A DNA stretch of 64,000 bases, taken from Podarcis liolepis. Its lineage: Eukaryota. Of the stretch, positions 39,591 through 52,722 are shown in pieces. Numbering within the stretch: position 1 is the first letter of the stretch; every line of letters starts with the position of its first letter. The stretch lies in assembly GCA_965112155.1 (NCBI GenBank), contig OZ218098.1. One strand, 5' to 3'. The notes beneath the pieces are model-generated. The model saw nothing but the letters and a program-made list of their open reading frames with translations, was not told where the DNA came from and made no database searches. A program made the translations under genes and the position numbers.

Positions 39591-40403
39591 GTTAGTCAAT
39601 ATTGTGTTTTTAAATTGTTCGTAATTACTAGCTCCAAGGAGTGGGTGTTTTTATGTAAAACTGCCAGCTTTGGGATTACTTTTTACACACATCATGGTAT
39701 TCAGGCTTTTTAAAAAAAGAAGGGGGGGGAATCCCAGAATACAGTAGAGAATTGACTTAATCAGTTGTCTGTTGAATTTCTTACATTTGGTGATTTGGAA
39801 AGCAAACACATGAGTAGGTTTGCATGAGTTTCTCAGTGAGTCTTGAAAACAAAGCAGACTTTTAGAATATGTAGATTAATGACTCTCAGCTTGACCCATG
39901 CATCTACAATATATGAAGTACTTTGAGCTATTGGTGTGCTTGTTTACCATAAAGGAGCAGCGACAAGTAAATGAGAACCTAGTTGACTTGACTGCACTTC
40001 CACTAGCATAAAATAGGGAATAGGAGAGGGAGAGCCTGTAGTTGCTGGTAAAATAGTCGCCTCAGTAACATAATTTAGCAGAGACTTGGCAGAGAAGGGA
40101 ATGACTGAGAAGGTGTATAGGTAGAATCAGAGTGAAGAAAAGTAGAATTCTTGTGTTTTAATTTCATGGTTTGAATAGAAGGATGTCATGTGTTGTCCCT
40201 CTGTTGTAATGTTACTAAGCCATAGTTAAGAAGATGGCTTGGGATGCCTCTTGAAGTTGGCACGCATGTCAGAGAACCCTGATTACTTTGCATGTTGGAT
40301 TCTACATCTTACATGTGTCTTGCACAAATTCTTTTTTTAACCAAGCTTCTGGAACTATTCGTCTTGTAATTCAGTTATTTGAATGAAGAAAACATGGCCT
40401 ATA

Positions 40404-41136
40404 CAGTGGTACCTTGGTTTGCAACCGTTTTGGATTACAACCATTTTGGATTTTGGATTACAACCATTTTGGGCACCACAATTCAAGAAGGACACTGACA
40501 AACTGGAACGTGTCCAGAGGAGGGCAACCAAAATGGTCAAAGGCCTGGAAACGATGCCTTATGAGGAACGGCTAAGGGAGCTGGGCATGTTTAGCCTGGA
40601 GAAGAGGAGGTTAAGGGGTGATATGATAGCCATGTTCAAATATATAAAAGGATGTCACATAGAGGAGGGAGAAAGGTTGTTTTCTGCTGCTCCAGAGAAG
40701 CGGACACGGAGCAATGGATCCAAACTACAAGAAAGAAGATTCCACCTAAACATTAGGAAGAACTTCCTGACAGTAAGAGCTGTTCGACAGTGGAATTTGC
40801 TGCCAAGGAGTGTGGTGGATTCTCCTACTTTGGAGGTCTTTAAGCAGAGGCTTGACAACCATATGTCAGGAGTGCTCTGATGGTGTTTCCTGCTTGGCAG
40901 GGGGTTGGACTCGATGGCCCTTGTGGTCTCTTCCAACTCTATGATTCTATGATTCTATGATTCTATGGATTGCAACCACGTCAAACCCAGAAGTGCATGT
41001 CCCTTTTTTTGGATTACAAATCCCCCCCCTTTTTTTTGGAGGCCCCATTGGCGAAAGCATGCCTTGGGTTATAACCTGCTTTGGTTTACAACCGGACCTC
41101 CGGAACAGATTATGGTTGTAAACCAGGGTATCACTA
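40404..41136. mobile_element. Tigger-like MITE split by a CR1 insertion
   Basis: TA|CAGTGGTACCTTGG...CCAGGGTATCACTA|TA. Confidence 0.75.
40467..40967 (+). mobile_element. Young CR1 LINE 3' end, ORF2 C-terminus uninterrupted, (GATTCTAT)n tail
   Basis: [44 protein letters not shown]. Confidence 0.95.
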
Positions 41137-41317
41137 TAATGGAGATGTGGAGAATATTTGGGGGCCTGTGACCTGTGCCAGGTCAAATTTGGCCCACAGA
41201 CTAGAGGTTCTCCACTCCTGCTTTAGGGAATCAGCTTAAATCCACAAGAGTTAAAACATGTTTTAAAAAAAAAATCAAGTCTGAAAATCATCTTAAAACA
41301 ATGCTTTGGGTTTGCAG

Positions 41318-41506
41318 GCAACAGGAGTGGGTAAATCAACAAAGGGAAGATATAGAGAGGCAAAGAAAACTTCTGGCAAAGCGAAAACCTCCTGCTACAA
41401 ATAATTCTCAGGCGCCCTCTGCCAATTCAGAACCTAAGCAGAGGAAAAACAAAGCTGTCAATGGAGCAGAAAACGATCCGTTTGTTAGACCCAATTTACC
41501 ACAATT
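41318..41506 (+). CDS. TLK1: TLK1 exon 11 ([25 protein letters not shown]...[10 protein letters not shown])
   Basis: ttgcag|...|gtaagt; 189 nt; ORF track 41301..41510. Confidence 0.97.
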
Positions 41507-42362
41507 GTAAGTTCATACTTCTTTTCTAATTATGTATTGAGTATTTGTCATGATGGTGCCACAACCACCTGTTTGTAGTCATTCAGAAAGTTGGAAAACT
41601 AAATTTTTCTCCCTGCTTGTAGTGGCCCTGGTGTTGTGGCTTGGGGTGTGTGTGTTCCAACGATGTGTGTCTTCCAAAAGTGTTGTTAATTGCAGCTTGC
41701 TTGTTTTATCCCACAGAGCTCTATAGGGCCATTTCCAAAGCCTGCCCTCTGTGTTCTGTATTTTAGTTATGACAAGGGAGGGAACTGATTTTTGTATATG
41801 ATGCTTATTTTGGTTTAGAGTCGGCAAAGTGGTGTAAGATATGTAGGTGTTCCAATGAATACTAAAGCTTGGGTCCCAGACTGGTACTTGCTGAATCTAG
41901 GACGTCAATAATTCAGACTCTTCTGGCATCAAGTACCCTTTCTATTTAAGAACATCACCGTGTAATCTGTTGCTCATTCCTATAAATGCAACATGACTTT
42001 GCACTTTATTCTAAATGTGCAGTCCCACATTATTACAAATACCTAATATCTCTTTGTCATCCTAATATAAGATGCCTTGTCGACCAGTAGCATTTAGCAC
42101 ATACTGCAATATCAGCTGCGTTTGATTCAAACACCAAAGAGGAGTTACGGGAATTACACTGTTCTTTGATACCTCCCTGTATCTTTTAGGTAGGAGTGTG
42201 GATACAATTTTGGTATCAGAACATTTTGTTCCACATTAACCTTCTGGTCATTCAGAATGTAGCTGATTCTACAAGATGCTGGAGGAATTGGCTTTCTGTG
42301 TTATGAATTGAAAATAAAATACGGTTTTTCCCCCATTCAACTTTTAGTAACATGTACTGTGA

Positions 42363-42671
<309 letters not shown>

Positions 42672-42767
42672 TGAAAGGTGTATGGTGATTTTGCATCGCT
42701 TGTGAAAACTTCAGTATTTTGTGTCTTGCATTATACCATGAAGAATAGCCATTCTGTTAAATGTCTA

Positions 42768-42834
42768 GTGTTTCCTGCTTGGCAGGGGGTTGGACTCGAT
42801 GGCCCTTGTGGTCTATTCCAACTCTATGATTCTA
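42768..42834 (+). mobile_element. CR1 extreme 3' tail
   Basis: Near-identical to 40883-40949. Confidence 0.85.
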
Positions 42835-43362
42835 GTTTTTAATCTAAATTCCATGCTGTCATTTTGAATGACAAGAGGAAGGTATACATAAGTTACACGT
42901 TGGTAATATTAACAGTTGCTATAAGAATGTGTCAGTTAATATTATAAAGTCAGTAATCTGCATTTTTTGGGACACACCACTACACTGTATACTCAGTACT
43001 TGTACTTCTTAAAAATTAGCAGTGGTAAACTTATTGTTCAGTTAATAAGATCAGCTTGATTGACCTTTTTTAAGAGTACTGCTCCTTTTTGGACAGTGGA
43101 AGCTTGTAGTTTGCTAAGGAAGGTATTATGCAGAAGAACATTCTTCAGGAAAAACACTGCCATCTGTTTTGTTGCTCTTTCAACTCTAAGAAAAATGCTA
43201 TCCCATAAGAGAGTAGATAAAGAGTGATTTTTAAAAGTAAAATATTTCTTTAAATTCAAACTTCTATTTTTAAATGTAAATAACTTGTTCAAATTTTGTA
43301 TGTGTGTGTATACCTTATAGTCAGTCTCTAAACTGATTTAATGTCCTCTACCAGATACATTA

Positions 43363-43713
43363 GGGATGTGAGTGGCGCTGTGGGTTAAACCACAGAGCCT
43401 AGGACTTGCCAATCAGAAGGTCGGCGGTTCGAATCCCTGCAATGGGGTGAGCTCCCATTGCTCGGTCCCTGCTCCTGCCAACTTAGCAGTTCAAAAGCAC
43501 GTCAAAGTGCAAGTAGATAAATAGGTACTGCTCCGGCAGGAAGGTAAGCGGCGTTTCCGTGTGCTGCTCTGGTTCGCCAGAAGCGGCTTAGTCCTGCTGG
43601 CCACATGACCCAGAAGCTGTACGCCGGCTCCCTCGGCCAATAAAGCGAGATGAGCGCCGCAACCCCAGCGTCGACAAATGGTCAGGGGCCCCTTTACCTT
43701 TACCTTTACCTTT
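43363..43713 (+). mobile_element. Sauria SINE in intron 12 with 13-bp TSD
   Basis: TSD TACCAGATACATT at 43349-43361 and 43714-43726; (ACCTTT)n tail. Confidence 0.93.
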
Positions 43714-44108
43714 TACCAGATACATTGGCTTAAAGGAGGTTTTTCTTATTGAAGAGCCAATTTGATAAATTCTCAAATATGAAAATGGTTTTGTAGCCTA
43801 ATTTTCTGCTTATCTTTTATACACATCACCTGCCTCCACATACATATCATTTATACATATCATTCACCTCTACATGACCAGGCAGGCACAAATGTTTTTG
43901 AACTTGTTCAGTTATGAAACTGTTTGCTTGGGTACTATCCCCATTGTTGCAAGAAAAAAATGGAATACATCAACTAGAGGCTTGAAATTAGGTGTATGTC
44001 TTTCAATTTCTCTTTCAAATGTTGAGATCCTGAAACAAACAATTCCCTGGTTATCAGCTGAGAGAGGGATAAAAAGTAAACAAACCAACAAACCTTGAGA
44101 TTTCATAA

Positions 44109-44228
<120 letters not shown>

Positions 44229-44544
44229 TAAGGCACTAGATTTTAATCTTGCATACTTACTCTTCTCCACTTCACTCTGGAATAAATGACACACAGATAT
44301 CCATGCCTCAACTCTGCAAAACCTGTTTTTGTTTTTATACAAGCAGTACACTTATAACAACAACAACAACAACAACGAATGTATTTTAAGTTGAATCAGT
44401 ACTGCTATGATCCAGAACTATAAGGATGAAACACTGCACTTCAGTTTTTTATTTTTTTTGTATACACAAAAATAATTAGTATTAAAATTAAGTACTTGCC
44501 TTTCTCATTGACCAATGTTCTTCCTTCTTTTTTTAAATAATAAG

Positions 44545-44626
44545 GTTCAAGGATCATCCTACGTTAAACGAGCGATATTTGTTACTTCATTTACTTGGTC
44601 GAGGTGGATTTAGTGAAGTATATAAG
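44545..44626 (+). CDS. TLK1: TLK1 exon 14 ([27 protein letters not shown]), kinase Gly-rich loop
   Basis: aataag|...|gtaatg; 82 nt; GRGGFS. Confidence 0.97.
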
Positions 44627-44885
44627 GTAATGTCCTCTTCTTTGCTGGTAATATTTATTTATTTTTTAAACGTATGGCTACCGACATAGGTGACCCTCTC
44701 TAGAACCAATTCACTGAAAAACATTTTAAACAACAAAACTATATCAACTTAAAAGTATAAAAATAACCTCTCCAGGTTTTCCTGAACAACTAAAACTGGT
44801 AGCAGGATAGAAAAATATAAAAGTCAATGTGTGTCCAGAGAATACCCAAACCTTTCAGCTCAAGCTTTGGTTGCAAAGAGCTGTA

Positions 44886-45111
44886 CAGTGGTACCTCGGG
44901 TTACATACACTTTGGGTTACAGACTCTGCTAAACCAGAAATAGTACCTCGGGTTAAGAACTTTGCTTCAGTATGAGAACAGAAATCGTGCTCCGGCGGTG
45001 CGGCAGCAGCAGGAGGCCCCATTAGCTAAAGTGGTGCTTCAGGTTAAGAACAGTTTCAGGTTACGAACGGACCTCCGGAACAAATTAAGTACTTAACCTG
45101 AGGTACCACTG
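44886..45111. mobile_element. CAGTGGTACCTCG-family MITE
   Basis: TIRs plus TA; internal sequence inverted relative to the 11006 copy. Confidence 0.88.
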
Positions 45112-45155
45112 TATTGGAATAAGCATAGAGAAGGCAGAATGCCTTTTCTAAGCTG

Positions 45156-45617
45156 GTGCCTGCTTTTTTTTTAAGTGATCTGTACATACATTTGAAAACT
45201 CTGTGTAATTTTTCTTCAGAAATATGGGCCTCGTTTGAACGGTTTAGAGTTCCCATGGTTTAGTGTTACAAGGGAGGCTAGTTTCAACGAAACATAGTTA
45301 AGATTAACCACAGTTTAGAGTTTTAGGGAGAAGGTCAAAAATGTTTAACTTTTTAGGGGAGCCAAAGTTCTCCAGCTTCTTTGGGGGGTGGGGAGCCAGT
45401 GATCTACCACAAACGTCCAGTAATCTACCGGTAAATCATGATCTACCTGTTGGACGTGCCTGCTTTAAGTGATCTGTACATACATTTGAAAACTGTGTGT
45501 AATTTTTCTTCAGAAATATGGGCCTCATTTGAACGGCTTAGATTTCCCATGGTTTAGTGTTACGAGGGAGGTTAGTTTCAACGAAACATAGTTAAGATTA
45601 ACCACAGTTTAGAGTTT
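45156..45617. repeat. Direct duplication of ~165 bp (45156-45323 / 45456-45617)
   Basis: gtgcctgct..aagtgatctgtacatacatttgaaaact...cacagtttagagttt occurs twice with a handful of substitutions. Confidence 0.9.
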
Positions 45618-45976
45618 GAGCGACATGCTAAACTGCAGGTTATTTGAAACTGAAGCTTGGTGACCCCTTACAGTTGTGCTGAGATGGTTGTGAAGGAGCG
45701 CTCAGCTTGCTGAAACATGTTCCCATAATGCTAAGAACACGTGTGAAGGCAGCTGGTGCCCTTGGTCTGCACATTGCAGTAAACCAGATCTTGTCTATAG
45801 CTTGCCATTGGCGAGGAGAGAGCTTAACCAGTTTGGATGACGCACTAAGCCAAACCTTGGCTTGGCTTACCACAGTGCAGGAGGAAGAGCAAAATGACTG
45901 TGAGGGCCTCTCCAGGAACCCGCAATCCTGGTAAACTATAGTTTGGTTTACCTACCATATCACGTGAACCAGGCTA

Positions 45977-46207
45977 CAGTGGTACCTCGGATTACATACG
46001 CTTCAGGTTACATACACTTCAAGTTACAGACTCCACTAACCCAGAAATATTACCTCAGGTTAAGAACTTTGCTTCAGGATGAGAACAGAAATCGCGCAGC
46101 GGCAGCTGGAGGCCCCATTAGCTAAAGTGGTGCTTCAGGTTAAGAACAGTTTCAGGGTAGGAACGGACCTCCGGAATGAATTAAGTACTTAACCCGAGGT
46201 ACCACTG
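45977..46207. mobile_element. CAGTGGTACCTCG-family MITE
   Basis: TIRs plus TA. Confidence 0.88.
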
Positions 46208-46244
46208 TATTATAGTGTGGGTTCCTCTGCAGTCTGAATCAGTC

Positions 46245-46560
46245 AGAAAAGGGGTGACCAAAATGGTCAGGGCACTGGGGCAACTCTCCTGTGAGGAATG
46301 GTTACAATGGTTGGGGCTTTGAAAAGGTTGTGTCAGGAAAATATTTGAGGTCTTTAGGATTTTATGCATGCTCTTTCATAAAGATAGAGGAGGACCAAGC
46401 ATTATCCAGTGAAGCTGAATGACGGGAGGCACCGAAGAGACAAAAGGAAATAGTACGTCGTGGTGGATACTTAAACTATGCAATCTGCCAAGACAAGATG
46501 TGGTGACTAAAAGGGGATTAGACAAATTCAAGGAGAATCAAGCAATCCCATCAGGATAGT
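46245..46560 (+). mobile_element. Old CR1 3' fragment
   Basis: cagaaaaggggtgaccaaaatggtcagggcactg...aaaaggggattagacaaattc, a degenerate version of the CR1 ORF2 end. Confidence 0.65.
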
Positions 46561-47231
46561 TGTACACTCATTCCAGGCTGCCTGTGAATACCAGTTGCTT
46601 TAGAGCAAAAGCAGAAGAGTTGCATTCATGTTGCATTCATGTTCTGCCTTTGTTGCCTTCTCATAGACTGTGGGAGGTTACACATCTGTAAATTTTAAAT
46701 AATGTTTACCTGCTTTGAGTATTTGATCTGGGAACGATCAAGGAAAAGCTTGTGGGCCAATTAATAATAAGCAGTATTTATTCTTTATGACAACTGCTTT
46801 TTAGTATCTTGAATTAGTAAATGCACGAGTACCGATCACTCTGTTTGAAGTGAATGTTCAGACTAGGAGATAGTTTAAGAGCAGGTAACCAGGCCATCTC
46901 TCAATGTGTAGGAGTGATAGGGAGGGCAGTTTATTTGGCCCCAAAGGCAGATTATGTACAGTGTCCTGGTTGTTGAAATAAGCAAAAATTAGAAAGGTGC
47001 CAGACAAATTATCTGACTCTTCTGAGACCATTAACAATAGTATGTTGGCTTCTGAAAAGCTTCTGAGAAAACAGTCAATTAAAAATTCAAGGGTTTTTTC
47101 CCCAGTATTGGGCCAGATATGATGTATTGCACTCTCAAGCTATATTGAAATGTTAATAAATACAGTTCTCTGTGACTCGTATTTTACAAAATCTCTTTCT
47201 ACTACTCCCCCCCCCCCAACCTTCCTTGCAG

Positions 47232-47323
47232 GCTTTTGATCTCTATGAGCAAAGATACGCCGCTGTGAAGATACACCAGCTTAACAAAAGCTGGAGAGAT
47301 GAGAAAAAGGAAAACTACCATAA
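47232..47323 (+). CDS. TLK1: TLK1 exon 15 ([30 protein letters not shown]), catalytic Lys (AVK)
   Basis: ttgcag|...|gtaagc; 92 nt. Confidence 0.97.
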
Positions 47324-47364
47324 GTAAGCGTTTCAAGAAAACACTTTTTGGGGGGTCTTTGTAA

Positions 47365-47505
<141 letters not shown>

Positions 47506-47508
47506 TAA

Positions 47509-47513
<5 letters not shown>

Positions 47514-47587
<74 letters not shown>
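47514..47587. repeat. Compound (TC)n(CA)n microsatellite
   Basis: direct; starts about 10 nt after the exon 16 donor. Confidence 0.95.
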
Positions 47588-47590
<3 letters not shown>

Positions 47591-47731
47591 TTAGAAATTA
47601 AGACCACCCTTCAGGAACATTTTTGGTTGGACATAAGTAAGGTTTAAATTTCATGGTGTTTGGCCTCAGTGGCTCAGTATTTTCTCTAGTATGATGTTCT
47701 GAATGCTGTGGCATTGATTATTGTTCAAGTA

Positions 47732-47902
47732 CAGTGGTACCTTGGTTGTCGAACGGCTTGACTCCCGAACAATTTGGCTCCCGAACGACGCAGTTTGTGA
47801 ACGTTTTTCAGAAACCGAATGTCCAACTCTGCTTCCGATTGAGTGCAGGAAGCGCCTTGGTTTTCGAAGAAATGATTAAGTTCGACAACCAAGGTACCAT
47901 TG
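47732..47902. mobile_element. Tigger-like MITE
   Basis: TA|CAGTGGTACCTTGGTTGTCGAAC...GTTCGACAACCAAGGTACCATTG|TA. Confidence 0.85.
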
Positions 47903-47958
47903 TAGATGGTTCCAGTTTCTTTTGTAAAGTGAAAATGTGATTTCTCCATTTGTGCATA

Positions 47959-48184
47959 CAGTGGTACCTCGGGTTACATGCGCTCCAGGTTACAGACTCC
48001 GCTAACCTAAAAAAAGTGCTTCAGTTTAAGAACTTTGCTTCAGGATGAGAACAGAAATTGTGCTCTGGTGGCGCAGCGGCAGCAGGAGGCCCCATTAGCT
48101 AAAGTGGTGCTTCAGGTTAAGAACAGTTTCAGGTTAAGAACGGACCTCTGGAACGAATTAAGTACTCAACCCGAGGTACCACTG
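47959..48184. mobile_element. CAGTGGTACCTCG-family MITE
   Basis: TIRs plus TA. Confidence 0.88.
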
Positions 48185-48339
48185 TATTCCAAAAAGTTTT
48201 TGTATCAATTCTTCTCTCCTTGGGACCTCGTCTTCTTTTTTTCAATTTCTGGGCAAGTAACATTCTTGCAGCTGTTGTTGCATACGTAAATATGTTTCTG
48301 TACTGTTTAGGTAGTTCTACCCCTGTAATTCCCAAGAGG

Positions 48340-48660
48340 AAAGCAAAACTTACTGGAAGAATTAAGAAATCAAGATAACAAACTTTTTTATAAAAGAATG
48401 GACATGGTTTATTGAATATTTACAAACAATTGGAAACAGCTAAAGACATTGGCAGGGATTATTGTAATAACCTGCTGTTTTAAAAAGAATATAGAATTAA
48501 AAGAAATAAATAGAAGGATAAGTTAATTTAGGATATGCAGGAAATGATAAAAGAAATTGAAGGAACTGCAGAAAGAGGAGGAAGGAAGTCGATTGTTTGA
48601 AATGTTACAATTTTTTTAAAACTATTGAAATGTATACAAATGAAAACCATAAATAAAAGT
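48340..48660 (+). mobile_element. Probable L1 3' end (ORF2 tail plus purine-rich 3'UTR and AATAAA)
   Basis: AKLTGRI..QDNKLF..KEWTWFIEYLQ across frames resembles recalled squamate L1 ORF2 C-termini. Confidence 0.6.
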
Positions 48661-48773
48661 TAAGTGAAAATGTGCAATCAATGCAAAGAAATGATGTTCC
48701 TATTTCCATTGTATGCTTGAATAATTAAATAGCCTTTGTTTCCTTATCTAACTTTTATTTTTTCCCTTTCTAG

Positions 48774-48943
48774 GTTTTGTACAGTATTAGAATATTGTGA
48801 AGGCAACGATTTAGATTTCTATCTCAAGCAACATAAACTAATGACAGAAAAAGAAGCTAGGTCCATTGTAATGCAAATAGTAAATGCACTGCGATATCTC
48901 AATGAGATTAGGCCACCTATAATACACTATGATCTTAAACCAG
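48774..48943 (+). CDS. TLK1: TLK1 exon 17 ([23 protein letters not shown]...[10 protein letters not shown]), catalytic loop
   Basis: ttctag|...|gtaaat; 170 nt; HYDLKP; ORF 48736..48951. Confidence 0.97.
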
Positions 48944-49877
48944 GTAAATAAGAATTGGGGGGGGGGTCAAACATCATACATTGTATATTATATATCTCTA
49001 AAACACATTCTTCTCTTAATTCTTAACTAGTGTAGCGTCTGCCTCTGTCTTTCTTTATTAAACCCATCTGAGTTCACATTGGCCTTGATTTTCTTTTGTG
49101 GTATGAGTGCTTGGGATACAGGAGAGGTGTCTCTTGTAATCTCTGTTGTCTCTAATCCTTAACAAAAATGTGAATTTAGTTTTATCACACTGCTTCATTT
49201 AATCACACTCTTCTTTTTTCTAGCCTCACAAACCTATTCTCTCTTTTCTGCTCTTTGCTTTGAAGGCAAATTTGCGCACTCTGCCCCCTCACCTCGCTAC
49301 TTAATGTTTTGGCTTCTACACTGAGCTATTTCGATGGATGTCTTCCATATTCTGTATGAATTTGGCTTCAATGGGATTTTCTTGAATCTTAAGCCACTGT
49401 GTGTGCTTAATTATAATTAGAAATGGATTGAAGTAGCAATAAAACATCATCTTTGAATGTGGCTTGAAGTATATGTTTGATATGTGTACAATTTTATATC
49501 TGCAGCGTTTAGCTCCTTGTGCCATGCGCTTGACCTCACAGACTTTATAATGAGGTGCAAAACCTCACATGCAATCACATGCATGATTTGCCTTCAGTAA
49601 ACCAGAAGTATAGTTAATTAGGTATTTTTCATTTGAATATGCAGGTAAATAATACTGCACACATGCCTCTTTCACCCAGTTTTTGAGTCTTACTCTTGTG
49701 TAGATTACTACCTAATACATTTTTTTATTCGGTAAATGAAAAAGCGTTCAGGCAGCTTTAGAAGTCCAAGCTTAGCTAAGGCAAATGGGATAGTACTGGG
49801 AAAATACTGAAAGAGCCAGCATTGCAGAGAACACACAAAGATCTGACGCATCTACATGATGCAGAGTTAGCACAGTA

Positions 49878-50127
49878 CAGTCATACCTTGGATCCAGAAT
49901 GCCTTGGTACTCAGACGTTTTGGCTGCCCAACGCCACAAACCTGGAAGTGAGTGTTTCGGTTTGTGAATGTTCTTTGGAACCCGAACGTCCGACGGGGCT
50001 TCCGCGGCTTCTGATTGGCTGCAGGAGCTTCCTGCAGCCAATCAGAAGCCGCATTTTGGTTTCCGAATGTTTTGGAAGTCAAATGGACTTCTGGAACGGA
50101 TTCCTTTCAACTTCCAAGGTACAACTG
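49878..50127. mobile_element. Tigger-like MITE (same subfamily as 16933)
   Basis: cagtcataccttgga...tccaaggtacaactg. Confidence 0.8.
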
Positions 50128-50456
50128 CATTATGAAAACTTGGGAAGAATTAACTTTAACCAAACTGTAGCTGTCCTTTGAAAATCCATGGCTCAAATTC
50201 TCCAAGAGATTGTTGAGACACAACTGCCTCTGCTCACAGGATGGGGCAGTTCTGTGAATATATGAGGAAGTCGGAACCATACGCAGCCCCTTGAGCCCCT
50301 TGGAGGAAATATATAATAATAATATAATAAATATAATAATAAATGAATGAACCATAGATGTGCCTATAACTAGGGTGTTTCTGTTCTATAATGTCTTCAT
50401 TTAAACACAATGGAAAAATTGTGAACCACTGCTGGGGGTAGACTTGGTTATTTTAA

Positions 50457-50615
<159 letters not shown>

Positions 50616-51497
50616 TAATATTATTATTTCCCATTTGGCAAATGTATTTCTTACTTGTGTGAGAACTGTTTGTGAACCTCCGCCGGCGGATGTAGTTGAT
50701 GGAAAGAATGTGCTGTCGTTGGTTATTTGAGCTTATAACCTGACGGTAGAAGTCTGGATTCAACCCTCGAGTCCCACTAGTGAAAAAGCCCGCACAATGG
50801 CTTCTGCTAGTGCAATGGGACTTTCCACCCAGGTCCCAACAACTTGCATTTGTGGGGTCAGGAGAATCCTAAGGGGAGCAGGGGGGATAGTTCTGCCTGG
50901 CGAGCTGAAATGTTTGTACTGCTGGAGCAATTGCTGTAGCGCTGTGTTGAATTCCTTCTACAGAATTAATCTTCTCTAATGCATGGAGATTAGTAGTTAT
51001 TTAATCTTCAATTCTTTTATTAATTATTATCATCAAGGTTTTATTGTCTGGTTTCTAGCTGAGAAATGATCACCTTCATTTAGTGCAAACTTGGTGTAGT
51101 TTAACATACAGTATTGGTCACTAATGGAAGAAGGGGATAGTGGCAGAAATGTAGGGTTTTAAAAAAAATATCTGGTACCGTAGTTAAGGTTTCTACTGGA
51201 AATATGGGAATTGTTATGTACTTTATTATTATCAGAAACAGCATCTTTCCAATGTAGATTATAGTGAATGAATTATTTCTGTTTATTGAGTAGTATATGT
51301 TTGCTTATATGTGTTTAGGAATTTCTAACCTAACATGTCTGCTTTCAAGACAGCTTAAACCACACTACAGTCATCTGGTCCGAAATTCAGGCTCCTCACT
51401 TTTTTTTATTCTGTTCCATAACTTCCTGGTTTGGCATACCATAATCTGTTTCACCTAAAGTGGCTAACTGTGATTTGTGCTTGCTATCCAAACCAGA

Positions 51498-51842
51498 TGT
51501 GGGTGGCACTGTAGGTTAAACCACTGAGCCTAGGACTTGCCGATCAGAAGGTCGGTGGTTCGAATCCCCGCGACGGGGTGAGTTCCCGTTGCTCAGTCCC
51601 AGCTCCTGCCAACCTAACAGTTCAAAAGCACGTCAAAGTGTAAGTAGGTAAATAGGTACCGCTCCGGTGGGAAGGTAAACGGCATTTCCGTGCGCTGCTC
51701 TGGTTCGCCAGAAGCGGCTTAGTCATGCTGGCCACATGATCCGGAAGCTGTACGCCGGCTCCCTTGGCCAATAAAGCGAGATGAGCGCCGCAACCCCAGA
51801 GTCCTCCATGACTGGACCTAATGGTCAGGGCTCCCTTTACCT
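51498..51842 (+). mobile_element. Sauria SINE with 13-bp TSD
   Basis: TSD TATCCAAACCAGA at 51485-51497 and 51843-51855. Confidence 0.93.
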
Positions 51843-52196
51843 TATCCAAACCAGAACTGGAAGCCATTTTTGAAGTGGGGTTCCAATCCTGGTTTGTAGA
51901 GCAGACACAAATCACAGCTTGTCAGTTGAGATGTAACGACAAACAGTGTTTTGCCCAAACTGGGAAGTGTTTGAAAATCAGAGTGCATAAGTAAAGGGAG
52001 TCCATGAGCTTAACAGGTTATCATGTGAATTGACCAATACCACGTAAATCTATTAAAAAATAATAATCCTGGAACAAATAGAAGAATGTGAGAAAGCCAT
52101 AGATTCTTGGCAATCTGTATCTCTCATAAATACTTCCCAAAATCAGCCTGCTTCTGGAGGGGGAATGTTCTTAAAGTGTCTGTTTTCAGTGACTGA

Positions 52197-52343
<147 letters not shown>

Positions 52344-52563
52344 TAAACGTAAAGTTTTCTAGTGCATTTCAGTACATCTTCAACGTGGTCATTTTGAAGG
52401 GGGGGGGAACCATTTCTGGAAGTAGGTATGGTTCTTCAGCCTCCACCATTTGCGTTTTCCCAACAAGGAGAACTTCTTTTTAAGTGGAATAATTTTAGAA
52501 TAAAAAAGGTGATGTTGCTGATTTCTTTTACTGATATTTGGACATTTAGCAATCACCGTCTGA

Positions 52564-52722
<159 letters not shown>

